DNA of 33,539 nt from Octopus bimaculoides (GCF_001194135.2 NC_069009.1:11553319-11586857), one strand, 5' to 3'. Shown: positions 9,547 through 20,424, numbered from the stretch's first letter. The notes: generated by a model from the sequence alone, not told the origin. A program made the numbers and translations.

Positions 9547-10758
9547 TTGGGCCAACCCATAAATAATGTTGTTTTTATACTTCTTTTATCCTCAAAAATA
9601 AGATAAACAAAGTTCTTTTTAAATCTAAAATATACTCTTTTATAATGCTCTTCCATCTATCAGATAGACTTCCAAGGCTCCTCTTCCAAAGTTCACTTGT
9701 GCGTGACAAAATATATTCCTCCAGGAATGTTCTGACCTCGTCTACAGAAGTCATATTTTTTTCCATCCAAAAGATTCTGAAGATTGCAGAATAAATAATA
9801 ATCAGATGAGCAATGTCCGGTGAATAAGGTGGATGGGGCAGCGTTTCCTATTCAAACTGCCCCAGCCTTTATAATGTCATCCCCACTGTATGGGACCGAG
9901 CATTATCCTGATGGGAGAACACCTTTCGTCTTGAAACCAAAGATGGTCGTTTTTATTCTAGAAGTAGATCTCCTTTGTTATCGTTTGGTTTGGGTTTAAA
10001 AGTGGAATATCCCACCAAACAAACAACAACACCTTACGTGTGTGAAGACCTTCTTTAGCCTGGGATGCCGATGTTTCTCCTTTCCCTACCTGCTGTCTTC
10101 CTCGCTCGACATTTTATAGAGAACCCATTTCTTGTCATCAATCACTATTTGGTCCATAAAAGTTCATTCCTGGGACGTGACAGCAAAGAAGAGCATACAT
10201 TCACTTTCACTTTCTGCGTGCGATTAGACTCGGGAAGTTTGTGAGGAACATATTGACCCAATGGTACGCATTGACCGATGGTACGAAGGCGGCGATGAAT
10301 GGTTGAATGACCAGATCTAAGCTTCTCTGCTAATTCCTCAATAGTTACGATGGGAATTTCTTCCACTGGACGTCCTCACCGAGTTCTACAGGTCTTCCAG
10401 GACGAGGCTTGTCTTCTAGGATGTAGTTTCCGACTCGGAATTTCTGGAACTACCATTGCTTATTGCTCGATCCCCATATACTGCATTAATATTCCTCACA
10501 CTTTCCTTTGCAGTGTTGTCTTTATTGAACTTATAAAGCAAAATATGCCGCATATACTCCTTTGTCATTTCCGATATAATTTTGAAAAGAATAACTGTTA
10601 AAATCGAACTGCACTCTTCAACACTTGCACTAAGAATAAGCACAAGGTACAATTACTAGCTGCTTTTATAGCAAGTTCATGCAGGTAGTTTATCCCGCCT
10701 CCTTCCAACTCTTAGTTCATGCAACTGACAAAACCGCATTATTTATAGGTGGACCCAA
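9547..10758 (-). mobile_element. Full-length but decayed mariner element (~1.2 kb) with both TIRs
   Basis: TIRs TTGGGCCAACCCATAAATAATGTTGTTTT and reverse complement TTGGGTCCACCTATAAATAATGCGGTTTT; left TA at 9545-46; MRHILLYKFNK, YVPHKL (WVPHEL), IDDKKWVLY (GDEKW), HPPYSPDIA..DYYL. Confidence 0.92.
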
Positions 10759-11092
10759 CGCACACGCAATCNNNNNNNNNNNNNNNNNNNNNNNNNNNNN
10801 NNNNNNNNNNNNNNNNNNNNNNNNNNNNNNNNNNNNNNNNNNNNNNNNNNNNNNNNNNNNNNNNNNNNNNNNNNNNNNNNNNNNNNNNNNNNNNNNNNNN
10901 NNNNNNNNNNNNNNNNNNNNNNNNNNNNNNNNNNNNNNNNNNNNNNATATATATATATATAAACAAGTAGGATACATTACACCAAAATGTGTATATATCA
11001 ATTAGAAACATAAAAACGGAAGATTACATAGAATCGGTTTAATATTCATTCATGTAATTAATTACTTGGGTGGTTTCTTTAAAGACTGCTTA

Positions 11093-11825
11093 AGGCATTT
11101 ACTTACGGAATAACTGGAAAGATATACATGCTATCTATTAATTTTAAGCTATAAATCAGAAAAGTTGGAAAATGCATACAGATACACACACACATTATAT
11201 ATGTGCATATATGCATATATACACATACAAAAATATTTGTGTTTACATGGATATAGAGTAAAAAATATCGCTTATAACTGAAAAATATTTATTTAAGAAC
11301 ATTAAACATAAAAATTTATAAGGGATAAAAGGTTAATAATTAAGGATATCAAAATAAGAAAACAAAATGATAAGAATTTATAGAAAATAATATGAAATAC
11401 ATATAACCTACATATAAAGAGACGGGGGTTAAAATTAAAGGTAGGGAAGAGGTAAAAGTAATCCGACAAGAGTGGGATAATGGATGTAGTGAGGGCACTT
11501 AAAGGTATTCAGACCGAAGAGATTTTATGAGTTGTAATATTCCAGGTGTTATTGAAGGTATGACTTTATAGTTTCTAGGGGGTATATGATTTAGTGAAAA
11601 GGAGACTTACATAAAATCACTAGGAATATACATAATATAATCAGTAGGGTAAAACATCATAGAAAGGAAAATAGTGTGATCACCAAAATAGGATGAAGTC
11701 AGACTAACTAGGCATTTACTTACGGAATAACTGGAAAGGTGTACGTGCTATCTGTTAATTTTAAGCGATAAGTCAGAAAAGTGTAAAAATCCAGACAGAT
11801 ACACACACACACACACACACACATG
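11093..11825 (+). repeat. Pair of diverged ~100-115-bp direct repeats (11093-11195 and 11710-11825), 617 bp apart
   Basis: AGGCATTTACTTACGGAATAACTGGAAAG..GCTATCT.TTAATTTTAAGC.ATAA.TCAGAAAAG..ACAGATACACACAC occurs twice. Confidence 0.85.
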
Positions 11826-12270
11826 CATATAATCCCATACACAAATATTTATACGTTGTGGGATGTTACAGGTTTATAACATCGACTCCGAAGTTAAGCT
11901 GGATCTTATTTTTCCGAGCCTTAAAGAATAAAAGCCAAAGTTGTCATTGGCGAAATTCGAACTTACAATGTAAATTACCAGTAAATAGATATAAATATTT
12001 GTGACAAGATATTGGGTAGATCTCTTGCAGTAATTAATAGTAGCTGAGTCACTTGTGTGTGTGTGCTTTTGTGAGGAATGCAAACGTTAAATCTATCAAA
12101 CAAAAGTTGTTTGTGCGATTGAGTTCATAGTTTGTGAATAGTTATTTCAGTGCTGTTACACTTGACTGAACATTAGCGATAAAAGGCTTTTCAGAAAAAG
12201 AAATGCGCAGATATTTTTTTAACATTCCAATAAACGACTAAAATCATCATCATTTTTATCAAGAATATAT

Positions 12271-12404
12271 TCACACACACATATGTGCTTGTATTTCTAT
12301 GTATAGATGTATACGAATGTGTGTGCGTGTGTATATATATTTATATGTATGTATGTATATGTATGTGTGTATGTAACTATACATATGTATATATATATAT
12401 ATAT
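12271..12404. repeat. Compound (TATG)/(TA)/(TG) microsatellite
   Basis: Direct reading. Confidence 0.9.
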
Positions 12405-12621
12405 NNNNNNNNNNNNNNNNNNNNNNNNNNNNNNNNNNNNNNNNNNNNNNNNNNNNNNNNNNNNNNNNNNNNNNNNNNNNNNNNNNNNNNNNNNNNNNNN
12501 NNNNNNNNNNNNNNNNNNNNNNNNNNNNNNNNNNNNNNNNNNNNNNNNNNNNNNNNNNNNNNNNNNNNNNNNNNNNNNNNNNNNNNNNNNNNNNNNNNNN
12601 NNNNNNNNNNNNNNNNNNNNN

Positions 12622-12875
12622 CAGGCACAAGTCCGGGAAAGGTTGTTTATGGAAGACCAGCAGTCGCCCATGCATACCAGCCTCCCCTCTCCACGCTACC
12701 AGTGTTATCCAAGGGAAAGACAAAGGGGCCGATACAGCTTGGTACCTGTGACGTCGCAACTCATTTCTACAGAGCAACGTGAAATAAAGTGTCTTGCTCA
12801 AGAACACAACACGCAGCCCGGTCCTGGATTCGAACTCACAACCTCATGATCGTAAGCTCGACGCTCTAACCACTG
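12622..12875 (-). mobile_element. tRNA-derived SINE (second family)
   Basis: A box TGGTTAGAGCG, B box GTTCGAATCC, CORE-like CTTGAGCAAGACACTTTA; 3' end lost in the N-gap. Confidence 0.85.
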
Positions 12876-13204
12876 TATATATATATATATATACATGAGT
12901 AGCAACGATAATCTCCTGAACAATACCAGTGACATACAGAGGCCAGTTCCACCATTAACTAAACCAAATTCCCACGATTGATATCTGTAAGATAATAAAG
13001 GACCACAGTCACAGCAATTTGCTGCTTCGACTACAACAAGTAAAACTCAAGTCCCTGCCAGCTCAATACATTAAAATAAATTTAACTCAAGCTGAAAGTA
13101 TTGAACCCTTTCATCACTGAATCCATGTTGAGTTTTGCAAGTTTATAGTATCATCACCCATCATTAACACAAGGAGCTGAAGGCCTCGGGTTTGAAGGAT
13201 AGAG

Positions 13205-13775
13205 GTCTCCCCATACAAAACAAAACATCTCGAGGATTGAATCACCCCAGAGGGCACTCACCAAACGAATTGAAGGCATGACTGATCTTGATAACTGGGA
13301 CCGCCTTAAAGCCTTGAAGCTCTACTCTCTCCAGCGCCGCCGCGAGCGGTACATCATTTGTACGATGTGGAAAATATACCGCCAGCATTGACCAAACGAC
13401 CTCAACATTAGCTTCAAGGTTCATCCAAGGCTGGGACCACGAGCCATACGCCCTCTGCTCAATTCAGGATTACAACATATAGGTACACTGCGGCATAATT
13501 TCTTTTCCTCAACAGGCCCTGCCCTGTTTAACATTGTCCCGAAACTGATTGAAGAGGAATAAGGATCCTATCAGTTTTAAACGGAATCTAGACAGATTTC
13601 TTCAAAGAATACCAGACAAGCCACCCATACCTGGATACAACTCACTCAATAAGAACTCACTACTTGAATGGACCGTAAACAAACCTTGACTCTAAAAAGG
13701 ATTTAGATAATCCCATCAGGTGGTGCTATTAAGTTAGAAATGGCCTGGACCAATCTTTGGTCGAAACCTATCTAA
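13205..13775 (+). mobile_element. CR1/L2-group LINE 3' end
   Basis: IESPQRALTKRIEGM..WDRLKALKLYSLQRRRERYII..FKRNLDRFLQRIPDKPPIPGY..NSLLEW. Confidence 0.85.
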
Positions 13776-13814
13776 GTTTTAGACAAGACATCGTGTTTGT
13801 TAACTACTTTTAAA

Positions 13815-14250
13815 AGGGACACGCCATCAATATAGAGGACTATGCGAATTTACCGGGGCAGTTGCAAAAGCCTATCATGTCGAAACACCGAGAAAAACTT
13901 ACGAAAGTGATCCTGGTTCATGAAGGCTGCTTTCCAGCGCAAATATCTGTTTCGATGGCTGTTGTGTTTCAGGGCGTCCTTCAACTGGTTGATCAGCCTT
14001 ACTATTTTCCTGATTTGGCCCCCATCTGACTATCATCTGTTCCCCCAATGCGAAAAAAGAAAAGAAACACTTGACTGGAAGCTATTATCACAGTGATGCT
14101 GAAGTCATATCTACTGTTTATGAATTGTTTAACCAACAAGATGAAATCTTCTTTATCGATGGGATCCAAGCACTTCAACAGAGATGGAAGAAATGTTTAG
14201 GCCAAAGCGGAAGGGAGACCATTTTCAAAAGTAAACCTCATTTGGTCATA
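13815..14250 (+). mobile_element. Mariner transposase C-terminal fragment
   Basis: PDLAPSDYHLFP-like motif; KHLTGSYYHSDAEVISTV..FFIDGIQALQQRWKKC. Confidence 0.85.
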
Positions 14251-14939
14251 TTCTATGAATCATCTGCTTAACGAATGGTGTTGGTTTGCTTATGTCCTCA
14301 TAGCTTCACAGTTTGGCTTAAGACACTTACCTTTTCTCTCTCTCCATCTTTCTCCTGCAAATAATAGCTGCAAATAATAGCACAAACAACCTAAAATGAG
14401 TAGGAAGAAGATTTCAATAAATAAAAGAAAAGCAAAGTATATACAGGTGTATGAATGTGTATAATGTGTTGTAGTGTTACAGTATGCTCCAGTTCAGGTG
14501 TGGTTGGAAAATGCAAACGAGCTCCACCCATACCTGTCATTCTATACAAATAGGATTTTTTTTTCTGTTCTGAATGCTTAATATGTAAAGCACAACATAA
14601 CTTGGAAAAGGAGAGGCACAGAGAGAGAGAGAGATCATAATGTATATAGAGAGGGAGAGAGATACAATGAGACACACAGAGAAGAAGAAAGAGAGTACAC
14701 TTTAGTCTATCTAATCCCCCTCTCTATAAGAGACATCCTTCTTTATTCTCACTCTCAATTTTTCACTCTTTCGCTCTCTTTGTCTGTCCCTCTCCCAACA
14801 AAGAAACGCTTTGTCGAAGACACTTCAAATGCTAGAAATAGCAACACAACAACTCCTGAATAATATACGACAATGATTTTAAGAAATAAAAGAAAAGAAA
14901 TAAAAGAAAAGAATACAAGAGTATGAGCGTATATAATGC

Positions 14940-15131
14940 ATATATACATACACACACTACACACGCACACACACACACAGAGGAAGCACATGCAAAAGAA
15001 TATATCTGAGTGTGTGTAATGATAAAATTGCGTGTATAGATATATATGTATATACGTATGTATGTATGTATGTATGTATGTATGTATGTATGTATGTATT
15101 ATATACGTATGTATGTATGCATATACGTATG

Positions 15132-15200
<69 letters not shown>

Positions 15201-15349
15201 TTATGTATATATGTATATACGTACGTATGTGTGTATGTATGCATGCATGTATATACGTATGTATGTATATACGTGTATATGTATGTATGTGTGTATGTAT
15301 ATACGTATGTATGTATATACGTATGTATGTATATACGTGTATATGTATG

Positions 15350-15383
<34 letters not shown>

Positions 15384-15387
15384 TATA
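14940..15387. repeat. Compound (TATG)/(TA)/(TACG) microsatellite, left part
   Basis: Direct reading. Confidence 0.95.
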
Positions 15388-15965
15388 CACAGACATGCAG
15401 GAAGTAAATAGACACCTTTAATTTTCAAAATCTTTTATTTGATATTAATTGGTTGAAGGAGAGGTTTTCTTCTAGCTGCTCGTCCATAATGCCCAAGCTT
15501 ATGCAGATATGTAACACGCGTTCTTGGACGAACTTCTAGCTGTTTTGTAAAGTCAGAAGCCTTCGAACGGGGTTCGTTTTCCACAATTCTCTTCAAATAG
15601 CGAAGCTTCCTTTTCGAGGGCCCAGGTCGGCCGGGACGAGAATCTGTTGATTTTTTTCCTTGGCTTTTGAATTGTACTATAATTCTATTAACAGTAGCAA
15701 GAGGAATTTGAAGATTTTAGACAATTTTTCGCTGGCTAACACCAGCCTCAGATTGCCCAACAATACGACCTCTTTGAAAATCTGACAGTTCTGCTGACTT
15801 TTTTGTGCGTGGCATGGTTACTCTTCGCAAATGTTTAATATAATGGCACGTGGGAGGAAAAAGAATAATTACATTGTAAATTCTACCCCGCTGAAAACAT
15901 ATTAACACGCTTAGATCAGAAATTTTGAAAATTAAAGGTGTCTATTTACTTCCTGCATGTCTGTG
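15388..15965 (-). mobile_element. Internally deleted Tc1-family element (578 bp) with perfect 44-bp TIRs, retaining only the DNA-binding region
   Basis: TIRs at 15388-15431 and 15922-15965 are exact reverse complements, with TA on both sides; reading frame 15815-15435 [35 protein letters not shown] has one internal TAA and no DDE domain. Confidence 0.93.
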
Positions 15966-16363
15966 TACGTACGTATGTATGTATGTATGTATATATGTAT
16001 GTATATACGTATGTATGTTTGTATATACGTATATATGTATGTATGCATGCATGTATATACGTATGTATGTATATACGTTTGTATGTATATACGTATATAT
16101 GTATGTATATGCGTATATATGTATATATGTATGTATGTACATATNNNNNNNNNNACGTTTGTATGTATATACGTATATATGTATGTATATGCGTATATAT
16201 GTATATATGTATGTATGTACATATATACGTATATACATACAAACGTATATATATGTATTTATATGTATGTATGTATATATATGTATATATGTATGTATAT
16301 ATTTGTATATATGTATGTATACGTATGTATATACGTATATATGTATGTATATGCGTATATATG

Positions 16364-16446
<83 letters not shown>

Positions 16447-16600
16447 GTATATATATGTATATATGTATGTATGTATATATTTGTATATATGTATGTATAT
16501 GTATGTATATGTATGTATATACGGATATATGTATGTATGTACGTTTTTATATATGTATGCATTATGTGTATATGCATATGCAGGTTTGTATGTATTTAAT
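15966..16600. repeat. Compound microsatellite, right part
   Basis: Direct reading. Confidence 0.95.
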
Positions 16601-16901
16601 ATTTATATCAAAATACTACACGAATCATACTTTTTAAGTTCAATAAGATATCTTTGAGAAATATTCTAAACATAAATACATTGCCTGCAGTTTTTCTGGA
16701 GAAAACATTCTCCCTGATGTTAAAAGGTGTAAAAGCAGCAAAGTTGCTCAATTCTTCCCCTAATGAACTCCCAAATAATGTATCTATATGTGTTTAAAAA
16801 GGATTAATGTATATACGTATATATCCATATATATGCGCATGCATGAATGTATGTATGTAGGTGCGTATATATGTATTTCTATGTGTGTGGGGGGGACTGA
16901 G

Positions 16902-16904
<3 letters not shown>

Positions 16905-16982
<78 letters not shown>

Positions 16983-16985
16983 GCG
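16905..16985. repeat. (GT)n microsatellite
   Basis: Direct reading. Confidence 0.95.
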
Positions 16986-17019
16986 TGTGAATGACACCGA
17001 AAATTTTGTGGTTGTGTTG

Positions 17020-17395
17020 CTTGAGTCTGGGATCAAATTATCCCCGCATTTGATCCCGAGCTTGCAAGCCATGTTGGCACCGGATACCTTCCCTTGGCTT
17101 GTCTCTGGACCATGCCAATAAGGAGGAGGGGGTCTGTGAGGTGTCATCCAAGCCTTGCTGGAATTAAAATGTTTAGATTGCACAATCGCTAGCGAGGAGG
17201 CTTTACGACACCCGGTCAAGTAGGAAATGACAGCGGCGAGTACGAAGGCCATAGTTTCGAACGTGGGTTTAGCCAACCGTGAATGCAATACTATTTAACA
17301 TGGGGCATTGCAGACATTTTGCATGGTGGGGTGGCCAGTGACGGTCTTTTTCGATCGTGAGTGGACAGCCATCATCATCATCGACGTCGTCGTCG
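17020..17395 (+). mobile_element. Decayed RTE-clade LINE 3' end with (ATC)n tail
   Basis: Tail ACGGTCTTTTTCGATCGTGAGTGGACAGCCATCA matches the tail at 3511-3545; coding similarity is weak. Confidence 0.55.
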
Positions 17396-18015
17396 TCACC
17401 ATATATACAGAAATATATAGGCTTATACACTTAACTACATACATACGTGCAAAATAGGTACTTACATATATACATAACTAGACAATCATATATACTCAAC
17501 AACATGCTTAAATACATACAGAACTATATACATATACATACATACATTCACATATACACACACACATGCATATATATCCATATACAGAGATTTAATGCTT
17601 ATGTCATATTTCTGACGCAATGAAAGATTCATTCAAATGCTGACTCACTATTTCTTTTCTTTCACAATTCTAAAGAAATCTTAAAATATCTCAATCTATA
17701 CTCATTTACATTTCTGCATCAATAAACATATTACTTTAAACAAATGTGTCTCTTTTCAAATCTCAGATCAACTTTTTGGATCATATTTAGAGAAATAGGG
17801 AAATCTGAAATATACACGCGCTCAAATTTATCCATCAAATAATCTATCTATACAAGTTTATTTGCCAACATAATATGGCAGCCGTAAACAAGGACGATGT
17901 TACTGTCTTTCAACCCTAGGAAAACATCTTTTTCAGTCGGCTGCCGACACAGAGTTTGTGCCCGTATAGTATATGCAAGGGAGGTCATCGCTCCCACCTC
18001 TAACCTTACGTGTTA

Positions 18016-18060
18016 CTCACAGACCTAGGTTACTCGGTAATTACCCGTCCTCGGTGTGAG
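18016..18060 (-). ncRNA. Minimal type I hammerhead ribozyme motif, core-mutated copy
   Basis: CUCACA-CCGAGGA-CGGGUAAUUACCGA-GUAA-CCUAGG-UC|UGUGAG: perfect 6-bp stem I and palindromic stem III, but U4>C and A13>U. Confidence 0.7.
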
Positions 18061-18397
18061 ACAATCACTGGCTAGTGATAGGGGCTTACTCCACTTGCAA
18101 ATACATGTATATTTTTTAAGCGATCACAGTCGCTGATCTCGCAAAGGGAAAAACAACTTGTTTTAATAGAAAAGTTTACTTGCCAATATACTGTGGCAGT
18201 CCTATACAAGGACGATGTATAGGTCTGCCACATTATGTGGATAAATAAACTTTACTATTCGGTTCTGTTACTGCATATCTCTCGCTCAGAGATTTCAAAC
18301 AAGTTGTTTTTCTCTTTACGAGATCAGCGACTGTGTGTCGCTTAAAAATATATAGTTATTGCAAGTGGAGTAAGCCCCTATCACTAGCCATGATTGT

Positions 18398-18442
18398 CTC
18401 ACACTGAAGACGAGTAGCTACCCAGAAACCTAGGTCGGTGAG
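18398..18442 (+). ncRNA. Minimal type I hammerhead ribozyme motif with intact core; predicted cut after C18436 (GUC)
   Basis: CUCACA-CUGAAGA-CGAGUAGCUACCCA-GAAA-CCUAGG-UC|GGUGAG: stem I 5/6 paired, stem II imperfect, palindromic ACCUAGGU stem III. Confidence 0.75.
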
Positions 18443-18699
18443 TATCAGGTAAGGCTAGAGATGGGAGTGATGACCTCTCTTGCATATATTATACGGGCAC
18501 AAAATGTATTCCGGTAGCCAATTGGAAAAGATGCTTTCCTAAGGCTAAATAACAGTAATATCATCTTTGTATAGAACCGCCACGTTCTTTTGGCAAATAA
18601 ACTTTTACTATTCGTATTGTTACTGCATATCTCCTCGCTCAGATATCTAAGACAAGTTGTTTTTCTTTTTTACGATATGCTACATGTATCTTATATCAT

Positions 18700-18945
18700 A
18701 CCTTGATTCTGTGTGGACTAAGTTCCTCGTTGACAGGCCGCTGGTATTTATAGAATCTTAAACACTTTCGGTGCGCAAATTAGGAACTCCTTCATAGAGT
18801 AACAGCTGCATTTGTTGAGTATATAAACAGTTTGGCTGCTTGTTTCTCTGGAAACGGTCAGAATGGTGTAGACGCCTCTGATGAAAACCCAATAAGGTTC
18901 GAAAATCGATTAAGGTTGTTTATCATTTTTTTTCAGTCTGCATAA
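18700..18945 (+). mobile_element. Penelope pLTR/retrozyme-like fragment hosting a hammerhead
   Basis: TATATAAA at ~18820 followed by the hammerhead at 18874-18916, a layout typical of PLE pLTRs; boundaries uncertain. Confidence 0.45.
18874..18916 (+). ncRNA. Minimal type I hammerhead ribozyme motif with intact core; predicted cut after A18912 (UUA)
   Basis: GCCU-CUGAUGA-A-AAACC caauaa GGUUC-GAAA-AUCGAU-UA|AGGU: stem I GCCU/AGGU, stem II AACC/GGUU, palindromic AAUCGAUU stem III. Confidence 0.8.
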
Positions 18946-18984
18946 AAATGGCAAAAATTTGTCCTGTTTATAATTATACCATAT

Positions 18985-19159
18985 GCTGGTGATTTTCTTC
19001 CTCCGTCTTCCCTTCTATTGGACTTACCTCTGTTTTCGAAGAAGAGCGTCTGCCCGAAACGTTAAACCATCTTTCTTTCCTTTCCTGAGCGTCTGCTAAT
19101 ACATTACATGCACCACGGGCTCGCGTTGTTGTGTTTTTGTGTTTGTTCTTTTGGGGATT

Positions 19160-19160
<1 letters not shown>
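18985..19160 (+). mobile_element. Short dispersed repeat with a degenerate hammerhead (19032-19067); family of 3305-3412
   Basis: GUUU-UCGAAGA-A-GAGC gucu GCCC-GAAA-CGUU|AAAC; aligns with the reverse complement of 3310-3410. Confidence 0.7.
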
Positions 19161-19209
<49 letters not shown>

Positions 19210-20035
19210 TATCTTATACTGGTGTTTTGTCCATGCTGGGGCACCACCATCGGTGTAATTTTTTGTTATATTTCAAACACATTTACAGTCCCTCTCTCAG
19301 GTTTTCTAGATTTTGTTCCCGTTGAAGCAGGGACTTGGATGAAGCTGTCCTTGTTTGTGTCTCTTACTGTCATGTCGGCTTCATCTGATGTTTCAGATAA
19401 AAAGCAAATTCTTTAAATATTATTTCAAGGCATCCACATTTACACCCTACAGATATTTTAAGATATTTTGACGACATATTGAAATGTCATGGGTCCATTG
19501 AACCCTAATCTATTACAGTATTAGGTCCTTACTGTAGATGAAGAAGGTGAGTTATTTAGTACAACGCACTGGCGTTCAGTGTGTGGGCTTGATAAAACGT
19601 TCAGTCCCAAAATATGTCATTGCAAAGTAATTTTAAACGCAGTCGTATAAATCAGGATTTATATCATATCTGTCTATAAGGAATCGCAATGAACTTCCAT
19701 TCACAACTTAATTTATATCATTCTATACTCACTTTTCTAAAGCTATATTAGAAACGATTGGCTACCTTCGCAACCAACAGACCATCTTATATTTTATTAT
19801 ACTTTCATTAACTCAGCGGATACATTACCTACAGTGAATTCTTATTTTCAGAGAATCCGTTCCCCTTCATTTCACGTTCAAGTTTAGGTTTTTAGTCTGC
19901 TTCCATCACCTATTTTCTGTATGTATTATACATTGTTTTGGTATCGTCTTACCTATTACACCTACGTACATGTATACACGTATACACACACACACACATA
20001 CACACATATATTTATGTGTATATATACATATATAC

Positions 20036-20036
20036 T

Positions 20037-20100
<64 letters not shown>
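20036..20100. repeat. (GATA)n microsatellite
   Basis: Direct reading. Confidence 0.95.
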
Positions 20101-20105
20101 CAACT

Positions 20106-20301
20106 CAAGGCACAAGGCCTAAAATTTTGGGGGAGGGGTCCAGTCGATTAGATCAACCCCAGTACGCAACTGGTACTTAATTTATCGACCCCGAAAGGAT
20201 GAAAGGCAAAGTCGACCTCAGTGGAATTTGAATGCAGACCGTAAAGACAGACGAAATACCGCTGAGACATTTCGCCCGGCGTGCTAACGTTTCTGCCAGC
20301 T
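20106..20301 (-). mobile_element. tRNA-derived SINE (third family) with central GTCGACTTTGCCTTTCATCCTTTCGGGGTCGATAAA domain
   Basis: tRNA-like head AGCTGGCAGAAACGTTAGCACGCCGGGCGAAATG; related fragments at 241-300 and ~11905-11975. Confidence 0.85.
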
Positions 20302-20424
20302 TTCCTTATTATATAATAATAAGGGTGAAAAATTGAATATTAATTTGATTAATATCAATTTAATACCAGTGGCCTAGCATATTGAAAAATCTGAAGATTC
20401 AGAAAAATTATATTACATATATAT

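Larger units (their letters stand above)
17854..18675. repeat. Fold-back palindrome (17854-18604, axis ~18212) built from a ~352-bp tandem unit carrying a hammerhead motif; retrozyme/Penelope pLTR-like
   Basis: Left arm is the reverse complement of the right arm; direct periodicity 18243 vs 18595 (352 bp) and 17854 vs 18172 (318 bp); central hairpin CCTATACA-AGGACGA-TGTATAGG. Confidence 0.85.

Noticed and set aside
12820-12875. A box and B box tRNA-like sequences here and at other SINE heads
   Set aside because: They are SINE 5' regions without a complete cloverleaf, so not tRNA genes.
16074-16224. 70-bp exact duplication on both sides of a 10-N gap
   Set aside because: Typical contig-overlap artefact in a microsatellite.
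14755-16657. Long ORFs such as YIYIY, HTHT and CMYV repeats here and at other microsatellites and N-gaps
   Set aside because: They are translations of (TA)n, (CA)n and (TATG)n tracts or of N runs, not genes.
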